A stretch of DNA of 63,980 nucleotides, counting the filler, from Octopus bimaculoides (taxonomy: Eukaryota), in NCBI RefSeq assembly GCF_001194135.2. It is 7 parts of 6 records of this genome, joined end to end, with 100 filler letters (N's around TTAATTAATTAA, not from the genome) between each part and the next. Parts side by side here need not be neighbours in the genome. Positions count along the whole stretch, not along the records: positions 31,352 to 47,005 come from NC_068993.1; positions 47,106 to 53,952 come from NC_069007.1; 5 more parts are not named here. One strand, 5' to 3'. Positions within the stretch are counted from its first letter, which is position 1, and each line of letters starts with the position of its first letter. This document shows, piece after piece, positions 36,560-50,296 of this stretch. The position numbers and the translations under genes were made by a program. Below the pieces are notes generated by a model that searched no databases, was not told the origin of the DNA, and saw nothing but the letters and a program-made list of their open reading frames with translations.

Positions 36560-38025
36560 AACACGTGACTTTCATACGATAACGGCCGTTTCACAACATT
36601 CGCCATGTAGTATTGATTTCAGTATGGAAGCGTACATGTTTGTATTAACATGATAGTTCAGTATTATACAACTGTATATTCACAAATTAATGCAAATAAG
36701 ACTAGATCGTCAGATCAGCGGGTTATGATGGTTAAACCAACAACTCTACGCTAGTGATGAATTGTTGGTACTGGATTATCCCGAACGTAAACACGATCAT
36801 GTATGCATAAATACTTCTATATTGAAATTAATACATGAAAACGTTTGCGAAGCGACAGTAATAGCGCAGAAATCACGTGTTGAAGCAAACATATATTCAC
36901 CTCTCTCACCTTCTCACATTATTTTGTAATGTACTTCTCATGAAATGATATCATCGATTGGATTTTCTGTATTTTCAAACACTTTATTACACTTCTTTGT
37001 AATTGATGAAAATGTGAACTGATAGCCATGTCCGTAAGTGGACATGTCTGTGATAGTTACATGACTCTCCAAATTGACACCTTCTGTTGCTAATATATAT
37101 GGGGGAGGGTATGTGTGTTATGTGTGTGTGTGTGTGTGTGTGCCCGTGTGTGTGAGCGTGCATGGGTGTGTGTGTGTATATGTATGTATGTATGTATGTA
37201 TATATGTATGTAGGTACGTGTGGGTGCATGTGTGAGTGTGTGTGTATATATATGTGTGTGTGTATGTATGTATATATCGTTACAGTAATCATTACATAGA
37301 AGATTGCATAATCAACGTTAAACGCCAGACCTTCATAAGAAATAGCAATTTACTCCGTTGTTAATTATCAACCTGTGTTCATATGCAGACTTGTAACCAA
37401 CAATGGAGTAATTTACTCTTTTCTTTTAAAGCTCTGGCGTCTTACGGTAATTAAACAATTCATGACCTCGTAATAAGAGAGTGTAACTGAATCTTCTGTT
37501 TTATTCTGTTCTCAGATTTGTTTATAAAAATATTATTTAAGTTGTATCTGCTATATATGTGGGAAATTCTGTCTGGGGGTGTGTTTGTGGAGTTGTGAGC
37601 TAACTTCTCCTACATCGTTTTATCGATTTTAACGAAACGTGACGAGTGAGTAGAACTCATGTCTAGAAAACTTCATAGCATACTCAGATTGTTGAACAAA
37701 TTGATAATAGAGCCCCTGGAAAGGATCCTTGGATATGTCTAATATATTTTATTTTAAAAGCCAAGGGAAATAACCCATTCGCCCCAGGAAGGGATCCTTA
37801 GATATAGCCAATGGAAATATCCCATTCATTTTCATAAATTATTTGGTATAAATCAAATTGAGTATGTTTATTTCTAAGTATTTGAACTGTTAGAGTTATT
37901 TTTGCAATTTATCCAGTACAACCCTTAAAAAAGTAAATAGTATTTTCTTAAACAATAGATCCACTAATTTCGGTTAGTGACTTATTCACGAATATGCTAA
38001 CACTAGCGCCCCTGAGGGTTATATT

Positions 38026-38512
38026 CAAATCGACCCCAGGACTTATTTTAAGCCTAGTACTTATTCTACTGGTCTTTTCCCGAACCACTGAGTTACGGGG
38101 ACGTAAACAGATCAGCCTCAAGCAATGTTGGGGGTACAAACAAACACACATANNNNNNNNNNNNNNNNNNNNNNNNNNNNNNNNNNNNNNNNNNNNNNNN
38201 NNNNNNNNNNNNNNNNNNNNNNNNNNNNNNNNNNNNNNNNNNNNNNNNNNNNNNNNNNNNNNNNNNNNNNNNNNNNNNNNNNNNNNNNNNNNNNNNNNNN
38301 NNNNNNNNNNNNNNNNNNNNNNNNNNNNNNNNNNNNNNNNNNNNNNNNNNNNNNNNNNNNNNNNNNNNNNNNNNNNNNNNNTACCAAATCCACTCACAAG
38401 GCTTTGGTCGGCCCGAGGCTATAGTAGAAGGCACTTGCCCAGGGTGACACGAAATGTCACTGAACCCGGAACCATGTGGTTGGTAAGGAAGTTATTTACC
38501 ACACAGACACTC
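38026..38512 (-). mobile_element. SINE family C copy with its internal microsatellite replaced by an N gap
   Basis: The 3' body (caaatcgaccccaggacttatt..ctagtacttattct) and the head (ctaccaaatccactcacaaggctttggtcggcccgaggctatagtagaag..) flank the gap. Confidence 0.85.
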
Positions 38513-39124
38513 ATATGTATGTATGTATGTATGTATGCATGTATGTATGTATGTACGGATGTATGTATGTACGGATGTATGTATGTATGTATAAGGAATT
38601 ATTTTCCAAGATATGTTCTCGTGAAGCACATCTGCATGTTCACATTATTCAAATGTATGTATCTGGAAGTTTTATTTCTCATGAGACATAGCAATTGAAA
38701 TGTTTAGTGAATTCTATTAGTAGAAAAATAACGTATGAGAAAAATAAAAAGACTGGAAAAATTTGTTTTATATTCTAAATCCATATTACACGTGTTTCAT
38801 TACTGGATGTAAGCCGCAAAGTTATACATGTAGAAAAATGTATTTAATCTCCTATCCATAATTCTTCAGACAAAGATAAAAAAAAATAATGTATTATTTC
38901 TTAATCTTTGTCTAAAGAATTACGGATATACACATCCTATAACACGACTGGGTGGTTGACGACTAAACTGGCGGCACTTCCAAGCCTGCTTGATAAGGAG
39001 GACGGTTCTTGATGCAGGACGAAAAACAAAACGTATCAATGATTCAGTTGAGTCAATGACCATCCAAAAGCTGGAAATAAGAAGTAATTTGTCTTTATTG
39101 AAAACGGTCACCTAAATCATCAAG

Positions 39125-39290
39125 TAAGAGGCATGTAAATAAAACCAGTTGTCAGACGGTGGTGGGCGACAAACACAAACAAGCATACACATCCATAAAC
39201 ACATACACGACGGGCTTCTTTAGGTTTCTGTGTACGAAATCCACTCAGAAGTGGCTGATGGTCCAGGACTATAGTAGAAGACACTTGCCC
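39125..39290 (-). mobile_element. SINE family C, partial
   Basis: cagttgtcagacggtggt..acaaacaca..acgacgggcttctttagg..aaatccactca..ctatagtagaagacacttgccc. Confidence 0.7.
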
Positions 39291-40156
39291 ATCTACATGT
39301 ACTATTTGTGTACATGTACTTTTATACACACACACACACACACACACANNNNNNNNNNNNNNNNNNNNNNNNNNNNNNNNNNNNNNNNNNNNNNNNNNNN
39401 NNNNNNNNNNNNNNNNNNNNNNNNNNNNNNNNNNNNNNNNNNNNNNNNNNNNNNNNNNNNNNNNNNNNNNNNNNNNNNNNNNNNNNNNNNNNNNNNNNNN
39501 NNNNNNNNNNNNNNNNNNNNNNNNNNNNNNNNNNNNNNNNNNNNNNNNNNNNNNNNNNNNNNNNNNNNNNNNNNNNNNNNNNNNNNNNNNNNNNNNNNNN
39601 NNNNNNNNNNNNNNNNNNNNNNNNNNNNNNNNNNNNNNNNNNNNNNNNNNNNNNNNNNNNNNNNNNNNNNNNNNNNNNNNNNNNNNNNNNNNNNNNNNNN
39701 NNNNNNNNNNNNNNNNNNNNNNNNNNNNNNNNNNNNNNNNNNNNNNNNNNNNNNNNNNNNNNNNNNNNNNNNNNNNNNNNNNNNNNNNNNNNNNNNNNNN
39801 NNNNNNNNNNNNNNNNNNNNNNNNNNNNNNNNNNNNNNNNNNNNNNNNNNNNNNNNNNNNNNNNNNNNNNNNNNNNNNNNNNNNNNNNNNNNNNNNNNNN
39901 NNNNNNNNNNNNNNNNNNNNNNNNNNNNNNNNNNNNNNNNNNNNNNNNNNNNNNNNNNNNNNNNNNNNNNNNNNNNNNNNNNNNNNNNNNNNNNNNNNNN
40001 NNNNNNNNNNNNNNNNNNNNNNNNNNNNNNNNNNNNNNNNNNNNNNNNNNNNNNNNNNNNNNNNNNNNNNNNNNNNNNNNNNNNNNNNNNNNNNNNNNNN
40101 NNNNNNNNNNNNNNNNNNNNNNNNNNNNNNNNNNNNNNNNNNNNNNNNNNNNNNNN

Positions 40157-40190
<34 letters not shown>

Positions 40191-40755
40191 GTGTGTGTGT
40201 GTGTGTGTGAATTTGTATACACAACTACGTATACTGGTACATCTACATAAATACATACACGCACACACATACATACAAATATGTGAGCTTGAGAGCAAGG
40301 GCAGCGAGATTTCTTCCAGCACTTTAGGTTATGGGCTCAAATCTCGTTGAAGTCATCCTTTTGTTTCTTAGTCAAATACTGGAGTTGATGTAACTGTCTT
40401 GCTCCTCACTTCAACATTACTGGTCCTGTGCCATAATTAGAAAGAATATGTGTGTGTGTGAAGAACTGGAAATATATAGAGAGATCAGTAGATATAGAAA
40501 GGAGTAATTTGCGAAAGCTGAAAACTAGAGACGATATTGACAAAAGCAGCGCCAAATGGCTGAAGATTTACGAGTTGTTCCCAAACTGGATACAATTCAA
40601 TGTCGTAAGTTTTAAAGAGAACTCTGTCTCTAAGACGTTTCAATACAAAATTGCATTCCTCGCTTTGCAGATCACATGTAATCGACGATGTCAGAAATCG
40701 TATTTATTGCCAACTCGTATTTCATTTCACTGGTAATGAGATGAATTTGCCTCTT

Positions 40756-40796
<41 letters not shown>

Positions 40797-41440
40797 GCGT
40801 GTGTGTGTGTATGTGTGTATGTGTGTGTGTGTGTGTGTACGTGTGCGGTGTATGTGTGTGCCCGCGTGTGTGTGGCGTGTGTTACAGCACCACTGCAGTA
40901 ACCGTTATTTTTATGTATCTATCTCAGTCCCAATCTTTCTATTCCATTATCTTTCCCTTTTTTCAATTCGTATATACATATATGTGTGCATATACATATC
41001 TATAAATATCTATCTATCAATCTATCTATCTATTTATATCTATCTATCTATCTATCTATCTCTCTATCTATCTATATGTCTGTCTATCAATCTATCAATC
41101 TCTATATATAGAAAGATAGATAGATAGATAGATAAAGATATATATATACATACAAATTTTATATATATCACTGTATCAATACATACATATATGCGTATAT
41201 GCATATATATNNNNNNNNNNNNNNNNNNNNNNNNNNNNNNNNNNNNNNNNNNNNNNNNNNNNNNNNNNNNNNNNNNNNNNNNNNNNNNNNNNNNNNNNNN
41301 NNNNNNNNNNNNNNNNNNNNNNNNNNNNNNNNNNNNNNNNNNNNNNNNNNNNNNNNNNNNNNNNNNNNNNNNNNNNNNNNNNNNNNNNNNNNNNNNNNNN
41401 NNNNNNNNNNNNNNNNNNNNNNNNNNNNNNNNNNNNNNNN

Positions 41441-41509
<69 letters not shown>

Positions 41510-42339
41510 GTATGTATATATGGAAGTAGATAGTGCCATATACATAGGTTTACATATAGTACGTATATTGTTTTACATGTAAGCACGCATATATGCATAT
41601 ATAAGAATATATATATATATGTGCATATATGTATACGAGTATATGTTATATACATATAATTATATACATATATATATGCAATATGCATATACTCTAAAAT
41701 ATTAAAGTGTCCACATATATATATGTATGTATGCATGTATGTATGTATAAATATGTATATATCCATATATTTGCGTGCATGTGTCTATGTATGTATATGT
41801 AGGCATGTATGCGTATATGTATGACACATGTGTAAGCATGATTGTGGAGAGTTTATATCCATATCTATATAAGCGTATGGCAGCATGCATACATACACAT
41901 ATATTCATATATACTCATACATACATGACTACAAATACGTACATATACAAGACGTTCGTCGGAGAAATATCATGGCAATGGTTAATGGCCTTTCTTTTAC
42001 GACTTATTGCAGCGCAACATCAATTCGTTTCACCTTTCGCCTAATAAATGCCACACTTGCGCACTTAGTTTGTTTTTTTTATCTCTCGTTTAGGACTTTG
42101 GAAAGAACGAAGAAAAAATTGGGTTGAAAATATTGGAAATATGCATCTCTGTTATATATGGATTCTGAAAAAAGATCATCTAACCATCTAGTGATGATCA
42201 TAATATTCTGATACCTAGTCAAATGTTTAGTTTAAGAAAATAATATAGAAGTAAAAAGTGCGAAAGCGCATAAACATTCGGGCGTACGAACACATTGCAT
42301 TAATACACATATATACAGATAGTGTATTTTGTATGTGTA

Positions 42340-42385
<46 letters not shown>

Positions 42386-42468
42386 ACAAATATATATATG
42401 CATACTTATATATATATGTGTGATGCGTGTATGTGCTTGTGTATGCTTGCGTATGTTTGTGTGCGTGG

Positions 42469-42499
<31 letters not shown>

Positions 42500-43000
42500 A
42501 GTGTGTGTGTGTGTGCATACATTGTAGAAGAGATATTACTCTTAATACTCAAAGTTTCACATTTGCTGATGTTTGCGTGACAAATCTGCAATAGACAGAT
42601 GGATATTCCTAAAAAAATATATCCATGGACTGTAAGTTGCCGAATAAAAAATATAGAATGATTTAGATATGATATTTGAAACAATGCATAAATAATGAGA
42701 TAACTAGTGTAATTGAGGTTATGCATATGTAACAAAATAGCCTCGTTTGTTAGTCATGTGTGCAAAACTGTTTATTTGTATGTATGTGAGTGCATTTGCA
42801 TGTGGATGTTATATATGTGAATATATATATGTATGTGTGTCTGTATATATATGTATGTATGCATTTATATATATANNNNNNNNNNAAAATCACTGGAAAA
42901 ATCAGTTTATTAGACGGTGTCCAATAAATATCATCAAATAAATGGAACCGGTTTTGATATTAATATGGATTATTTATCTAATTTAACTAGACAGCTAATA

Positions 43001-43385
43001 GGCGCAGTAGTGGCTGTGTGGTAAGTAGCTTGCTTACCAATAACATGGTTCCCGGCACAGTCCCACTGCGTGGCACCTTGGGCAAGTGTCTTCTCCTATA
43101 GTCTGGGGCCGACCAAAGCCTTGTGAGTGGATTTGATAGACGGAAACTGAAAGAAACCCGTCGTATATATATGTATATGTATATGTGTATGTGTGTGTGT
43201 GTGCTGTCCCCCCAACATCACTTGACAACCGATGCTGGTGTGCTTACGTCCCCGTAACATATCAGTTCGGCAAACGAGACCGATATAATGAATACTAGGC
43301 TAACAAAGAGTAAGTCCCTGGGTCGATTTGTTCTACTAAATGCGGTGCTCCAGCATGGCCGCAGTCAAATGACTAAAACAAGGAA
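43001..43385 (+). mobile_element. Full-length SINE family C: tRNA-like head, CORE-like block, internal (TA/TG)n, conserved 3' body
   Basis: ggcgcagtagtggctgtgtggtaagtagc..ccttgggcaagtgtcttct..gaaactgaaagaaacccgtcg-(TA/TG)n-gtcccccaacat.acttgacaaccgatgctggtg..gggtcgatttg..gcggtgctccagcatggccgcagtcaaatgactaaaacaag, then an A-rich tail. Confidence 0.88.
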
Positions 43386-44019
43386 ATGAATAAAACAATA
43401 AATGAAAAGACTGTTTCTGTCACAAAAACCATTTTAAGATATACAATTTCAGAATATGTATTTCAACAGAAATAATACACATTATTATATTAAGTTATTT
43501 GGAATTCATATAATATACCAATATAATATAAATATAGTAATAACAACAATCTTTGGATGGAATTTATAAACATTTAATGCATGACTACGCGCGTTTTACC
43601 ACATATCACATGTCTCTTAAGATTGCTGTCCATATTCCAGAGTGGATTACAGTGTAATTCGTAGTATCCGTGAGCATCGGAGATAGAATTTTCATGGATT
43701 CATTTCTTCAGGCGATGTAACATTAATGGATGTTTACTAGAGGGTTGTTTATCCTTTTTGACCAGTGGTAAGTTTGATTTAGTGGGTATTTCTGTGTATA
43801 TTTGGTGGGTTGCAGGGGAAGTTGAAAGAAAGAGAGGAATGGATGCTAGTCATATGGAGAGTGATTTGTGTGTGTGTGTGTGGTGATTTTGGACTTATTT
43901 TGCTGTTCAGTTTGCAGATGTCAAGGATGGGTCGTACATTCCTTTGTTCGATCTCATTTACGGCATGACTCTCTTCAATGAATTCTGACGTAAACAGAAA
44001 ATATTCTTTTATTATTCTT

Positions 44020-44205
44020 TTAGTTTTCTACTTGCTTCAGACCTTTTCACTGCGACTATGCTGGAGTACTGCCTTGAATGAGTTTAGTCGAACAAATCTC
44101 CACCCGGGACTTAATTGTAAAGTTAAGTACTTATTCTATTGGTATGTTTTGTCGAACCGCTGAGTTACGGATACATAAAGACACCACCAACGGTTGTCAA
44201 GCGGC
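44020..44205 (-). mobile_element. SINE family C 3' body fragment
   Basis: actgcgactatgctggagtactgcc..gtcgaacaaat..gtacttattctattggt..gaaccgctgagttacgg..caacggttgtcaagcg. Confidence 0.7.
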
Positions 44206-44548
44206 GTTTTTTACAATGTATAGATAATTTATCCTGTTCACACTATTTTATTAGCAGTTGAGAATATGTCTGTATCTTTCAATACATCTCAATGCTTCTA
44301 AAATAAACTTCGTGTGTTTACTTTCATCATAAGTTGAATTTAACGTTAACGTCTTATGAAGCTAAATTTATAAGTTCTAAAATTGGAGAAAAATTCATTA
44401 CTGGGCAGTTTAATGGTAAAGTGCTTGACGCGTAATCGCAAGGATGTGNNNNNNNNNNNNNNNNNNNNNNNNNNNNNNNNNNNNNNNNNNNNNNNNNNNN
44501 NNNNNNNNNNNNNNNNNNNNNNNNNNNNNNNNNNNNNNNNNNNNNNNN

Positions 44549-44598
44549 ACCGGGGCGAAGCCATTCCTACACTGCTTCATATTGATGTGCAGGCACCA
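44549..44598 (-). mobile_element. Short mariner transposase fragment
   Basis: WCLHINMKQCRNGFAP parallels *CLYIIMKQHKKWLSP at ~15395-15440. Confidence 0.6.
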
Positions 44599-44599
44599 A

Positions 44600-44847
44600 A
44601 ACAGCAACCAACATCATGCTAAACAGAGAGAGACTTGACGAAGTGAACAACTGCAAGTAACTAGGATCCACTTTGACCAAGGACAGCAGATTTCAAAAGG
44701 AGATTAAAACAAAGCTCAGTTTAGTATCTACTGTCATGACGAAGCTGAACACCGTATGGAAAAGCAATTTCATTTGTCTTCCAACAAGACTCAGAGTGTA
44801 CAAGTCCCTAGTAACTTCGACCCTTCTGTAAGGGTGTGTTAGCAGAN
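44600..44847 (+). mobile_element. RTE-clade LINE RT fragment
   Basis: LNRERLDEVNNCK*LGSTLTKDSRFQKEIKTKLS..MTKLNTVWKS..TRLRVYKSLVTSTLL*GC. Confidence 0.85.
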
Positions 44848-45110
44848 NNNNNNNNNNNNNNNNNNNNNNNNNNNNNNNNNNNNNNNNNNNNNNNNNNNNN
44901 NNNNNNNNNNNNNNNNNNNNNNNNNNNNNNNNNNNNNNNNNNNNNNNNNNNNNNNNNNNNNNNNNNNNNNNNNNNNNNNNNNNNNNNNNNNNNNNNNNNN
45001 NNNNNNNNNNNNNNNNNNNNNNNNNNNNNNNNNNNNNNNNNNNNNNNNNNNNNNNNNNNNNNNNNNNNNNNNNNNNNNNNNNNNNNNNNNNNNNNNNNNN
45101 NNNNNNNNNN

Positions 45111-45168
<58 letters not shown>

Positions 45169-47924
45169 GCAACAACAAGAGAGTGGTAACACCCAGTAGT
45201 AAAGACCGTACGTGGAATCTGTTTTAAGGGTCAACTGGCTTCACAGCGACCTGTTCAGCTTTGCCTTTCTTCCTGTCTCCTCCATAAAATAAAGCAAACA
45301 GCCAACATATAAAGCTGCAATTGGTTCTTACCTTGTGACATGTCTGAGATTCCTTTGAGTGGAGGATATGAGGGTAGAGTGTCCTTTTAATTTGCTTTGT
45401 GAAATACGTTGCATCTATAAATGGGAAGGAAGGAAAATATATTGTAGATCTGAACGGTTTCTTCGTATGATAATGTACAGAATGAGTGCTAGTAAAGTTT
45501 ACCTAAATACAATATCATGGTATGTTATTAACAAATTGCTTTAACCTTTGGACCAAGTTAACGCGTCATGCTTTTAAAAGTTTGTTTCTAATGTAAAAGT
45601 GTGTTGTAAATGGAAGAAGGTAAAAATCTATCAGGCTAGCAAGAGTGTACTGGAAAACATCCTTGTACTTTCTATGGCCGAGTAAATATTTAATGGTGGT
45701 TAAATTTTGTTTGTAAAAGGAAGGCGCAAATCTATAAAAATCGTAAATGTAAACTAGTTATAAGGGAATGCTCTCAGTAAGGTAGGTGAGATTTGAAGCG
45801 ATCGTCATGTGGATATTAAATTTAATGTAAAGTAGGAAGTATCTCTTGATAGAAATCACAATGAATGTGGGGCTCTATAATACATTAATATTATAGATAC
45901 TTTTATATTGAGATGTATTCAGAAAGACAAATATATTAATATATAGAAGAAACTAATGTGTTAGTTGGTAATTCACGAAACAGGTACTCACATGACAATA
46001 TTAAGATTTATTGGAGTATATTGTATAGAAAGATAAGTGTAACCGGAATGAAGATGAGATATTAAAGCTAAATGAATTAAAGATAAAATTTGAAGAAAAA
46101 GTAAATATTAGAAGGTATGTGAATGTAATATGAAGTTGAAAAAGAAGCTAAAGGCATGAAAATATAATTATATAAGAAACTAACAATTACATGAGATAAA
46201 TATAGATACACGCCTAATTAAATATACAAATATAATGTTTTATGTAAAGCATATATGTTCGTTGATATAAACACAGTTGTCTAGGTATCGGTTTCAAATT
46301 TTGGCACAGAGCCGGCAATTTTGGGTAAGGAGTTAAGTTGATTACATCGACCCACAGCTCGAAATCAAACTCAAATATAATTGATACCTCTTTGATATAT
46401 ATCAACCTGAAGAGTGGAACATGAAACTACTCCAATGGAAGGCACAATGGCATGGCAGATTTAAGTGTCACTTATTTTAATGTAGTAATTGTCATCATTG
46501 TTAGTGGAGTGCTGATGATGATGATGTTGCAGTTGTCGTTCTTTTTGTTAATGCTGGTGGTCGTGGTGGTGGTCGTGGTGGTGGTCGTGGTGGTGGTGGT
46601 GGTGGTGCTGGTCGTCGTCGTCGTCGTCGTCGTCGTGTTTAAACTTGTATCAGACTTGATCTAGAAGAGCAATGATAGAATATGTTTTAGTTGTGACCAT
46701 TCGCCATTGTTCGTGTATCCAGTACTACGTTGCCCAATATCTCCAGCAGAGGATATGTTATATTATTTGAGAGTCGATTACTCATTCTAACATGTTCCCT
46801 TACCTGCTTCTCTCCGAAGTAAACTCGTGAACTGCGAATGCTTTTTATGTCTACTAACCACTAATACGTATCAAACCATCAGCTACCTAAAATAATATAA
46901 CTTCTTTACCACGGTGAGAGCCACAGTCTTAATGCGGACTAACCCACGCCACTTGAAAGGTGCTCCATCCACTGCTGAAGCTTAATTTACATTGTCTATA
47001 TATATNNNNNNNNNNNNNNNNNNNNNNNNNNNNNNNNNNNNNNNNNNNNTTAATTAATTAANNNNNNNNNNNNNNNNNNNNNNNNNNNNNNNNNNNNNNN
47101 NNNNNATGCATGTATAGAGAATGCGACAGAATGGTTGCCCCGATTTGAAATAATAAAAAACAAACAAATATTCAAAGATACATGAAAACCTTTTTCTATG
47201 ATGTTCTATGACGTCCATTTTCCTGTTTCAGATACTTAGTACCCACCATGGCCTGGAGCGGAGAGTATCGTTTTTCTTTCTATTATCATCATGTGAATTC
47301 ATTTATCATTAACCTTCGAAATCGGGGCAAACATTCTGTCGTGCCTTGTATATATATATATATATATATATATATACCATTATGCTTCTGGCTATTGCTG
47401 CTGTTGTTTTTTGCTCTTCTTGTGTACTGTCTTGGTTATTTAACCTCAACTTCATAATTCAGCCATCTTTCAAATTTATTCATCATTCGTTTCATTAGAG
47501 ATATCCATAACAGAACATGCTCTGCCGTAGGCAAAGTGATATATGAGATTTCACTTGCCCTTATTATGCATTCCGTAAAATATGAAGAGAGGGAGAGGAC
47601 ACTACGGAAGCAGTGAGATTTACCAATCGACAACAAAATCGATAAATGTGATAAACACAACAGGATGTTTTCCTCCAAATTTTGATTTGAAGGAACTCCA
47701 ACCAATCTATGAGATATCAGATGTATAACGGAAATCTTAGAATCCGAGATCATGCTGTGCTTTTGAAAGGTGAAACTCCTTCTTGCCACATTATCCAGCT
47801 GGCCCTTCTCTTAGTTGGGGTGGGGATTTAAATTAAGAGAGATTTAGTCTTGTAGATGGCCTGACAACATAGAGACTCCAGCTGATAGAGATTCTGGTAA
47901 GTCTGTGAACATTTTCGTTAGGCT

Positions 47925-48085
47925 TAGGTGTGGCTGCATAATGAGAGGTTTGCCTAGAAATCACGTGCTTCCAGGTTCGGTCCCTCTGCATGACACCTTG
48001 GACAAGTCTGTCTACGATGGCCCCGTGTCAACATCAGCTTTGTGAGTGGATTTGTCAGACAGAAACTGAAAGGATCCCGTCGCAT
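47925..48085 (+). mobile_element. SINE family C, degenerate 5' half
   Basis: gtgtggctg..gacaccttggacaagtct..gctttgtgagtggatttgtcagacagaaactgaaaggatcccgtcg followed by a CA/TA microsatellite. Confidence 0.7.
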
Positions 48086-48126
48086 TTGTGTATTTATACA
48101 CACACACACACATATATATATATATG

Positions 48127-48199
<73 letters not shown>

Positions 48200-48220
48200 G
48201 TATATATATACACATACATA

Positions 48221-48260
<40 letters not shown>

Positions 48261-48957
48261 GAAGTATATTTGCCATTTAAATGTGGCTGACCCCTAAGGG
48301 TGGATGTTANNNNNNNNNNNNNNNNNNNNNNNNNNNNNNNNNNNNNNNNNNNNNNNNNNNNNNNNNNNNNNNNNNNNNNNNNNNNNNNNNNNNNNNNNNN
48401 NNNNNNNNNNNNNNNNNNNNNNNNNNNNNNNNNNNNNNNNNNNNNNNNNNNNNNNNNNNNNNNNNNNNNNNNNNNNNNNNNNNNNNNNNNNNNNNNNNNN
48501 NNNNNNNNNNNNNNNNNNNNNNNNNNNNNNNNNNNNNNNNNNNNNNNNNNNNNNNNNNNNNNNNNNNNNNNNNNNNNNNNNNNNNNNNNNNNNNNNNNNN
48601 NNNNNNNNNNNNNNNNNNNNNNNNNNNNNNNNNNNNNNNNNNNNNNNNNNNNNNNNNNNNNNNNNNNNNNNNNNNNNNNNNNNNNNNNNNNNNNNNNNNN
48701 NNNNNNNNNNNNNNNNNNNNNNNNNNNNNNNNNNNNNNNNNNNNNNNNNNNNNNNNNNNNNNNNNNNNNNNNNNNNNNNNNNNNNNNNNNNNNNNNNNNN
48801 NNNNNNNNNNNNNNNNNNNNNNNNNNNNNNNNNNNNNNNNNNNNNNNNNNNNNNNNNNNNNNNNNNNNNNNNNNNNNNNNNNNNNNNNNNNNNNNNNNNN
48901 NNNNNNNNNNNNNNNNNNNNNNNNNNNNNNNNNNNNNNNATATATATATATATATAT

Positions 48958-49202
48958 AAAGTGAAGTATATTTGCCATTTAAATGTGGCTGACCCCTAAG
49001 GGTGGATGTTACTGTTGCTTTTAGCCCCAGGAGAACATCTCCTCCAGCTGGCTTATCGACACATATCTGTGTCCTGTCTATTTTTGCCAAGGGAAGTTAT
49101 CCTTCCCATCTTGATCTGCGATACGTACGGACCCGAGTTTCAGGGTTATTTCCCTTCTTCAGCGTACGATAATCGCCGACCTTCGATGAGAATGACAATC
49201 CC
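48958..49202 (-). mobile_element. ~245-bp structured, hammerhead-containing unit flanked by (TA)n; second copy start at 48256-48309 (retrozyme-like or PLE terminal repeat)
   Basis: 48256-48309 is identical to 48958-49011. The unit holds five short hairpins and a complete type I hammerhead. Confidence 0.7.
49118..49176 (-). ncRNA. Type I hammerhead ribozyme, intact core
   Basis: Minus strand reads GCGATTAT-CGTACG-CTGAAGA-AGGG-AAATAA-CCCT-GAAA-CTCGG-GTC-CGTACG-TATCGC. All catalytic nucleotides are present, stems I and II pair, stem III is minimal. Predicted cleavage after the C at 49130. Confidence 0.9.
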
Positions 49203-49784
49203 TATATATATATATATATCCATGTATATGTGGCCGACGTGGTGGTGGAAGATATGGTGGTGGTGGGAGGTGGGGTGGTGATGCTACTGGAAGAGGTGGT
49301 GGTGGTGCAGTCGGTGGTAGCGATGCAGTTCATGGTACCGATGTTTGTGTTGGTGGTAAACGACAAATAATGGTAGCGGTGGTAGTGGTGCTGAAGGTGC
49401 TTGCAGCGAAGGTGCAGCTGACTCTAGCGCCGTTTGTCGGTTAGCGTGTTGATCGTTTAGGAGAAAGATATAATTCAGATTAGCAAGAAAAGGAGGTTTA
49501 TCTCAGCAAAGCGATCAGCATCAGTATTTATACAAAGAGATTAGTCTCACCTAATGACTAATGAACGGGGTTAAACAAGTGCTTCGACACACAGACAGCA
49601 AAAACAAACACTTTCCTACTCACTCCTACACTTACGACACACACACACCCTCACACACAGAAGTACATTCACACCAGCGGTTATATACACATACATACAC
49701 CAACACACTCCCGTACAAAACTAGAACAGTAACGCCTACACGCGCACAGACACAAACAGGCATACACTACACGCAAAGACTGGC

Positions 49785-49786
<2 letters not shown>

Positions 49787-49846
<60 letters not shown>

Positions 49847-49850
49847 ATAT

Positions 49851-49918
<68 letters not shown>
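49787..49918. repeat. (TATC)n tetranucleotide microsatellite
   Basis: Direct inspection. Confidence 0.95.
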
Positions 49919-50093
49919 NNNNNNNNNNNNNNNNNNNNNNNNNNNNNNNNNNNNNNNNNNNNNNNNNNNNNNNNNNNNNNNNNNNNNNNNNNNNNNNNNN
50001 NNNNNNNNNNNNNNNNNNNNNNNNNNNNNNNNNNNNNNNNNNNNNNNNNNNNNNNNNNNNNNNNNNNNNNNNNNNNNNNNNNNNNNNNNNNNN

Positions 50094-50143
<50 letters not shown>

Positions 50144-50296
50144 TGATGTAAACACACCAATGTAGGTTGTCAAACACAGACACACAAATACATATGTGTG
50201 TGTGTGTGTGTGTGTTTGAGACTCTGTGTGTGTGTGTATGTACGTATGTATATATATATATGTATATATATAGTTATAAATATATATGTCTATATA

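Noticed and set aside
37720-37830. Short imperfect duplication containing AGGGAAATAACCC, like stem II of the 49-kb hammerhead
   Set aside because: No CTGANGA or GAAA core nearby; probably chance.
45360-46250. Purine-rich stretch with a faint L1/Tx1 RT-like phrase (CVVNGRR*KSIRLARV)
   Set aside because: No YADD or other ordered RT motifs could be recovered; too decayed to call.
47436-47789. 117-aa minus-strand ORF with non-repetitive composition
   Set aside because: No recognisable domain, no clear splice context, and a non-ATG start.
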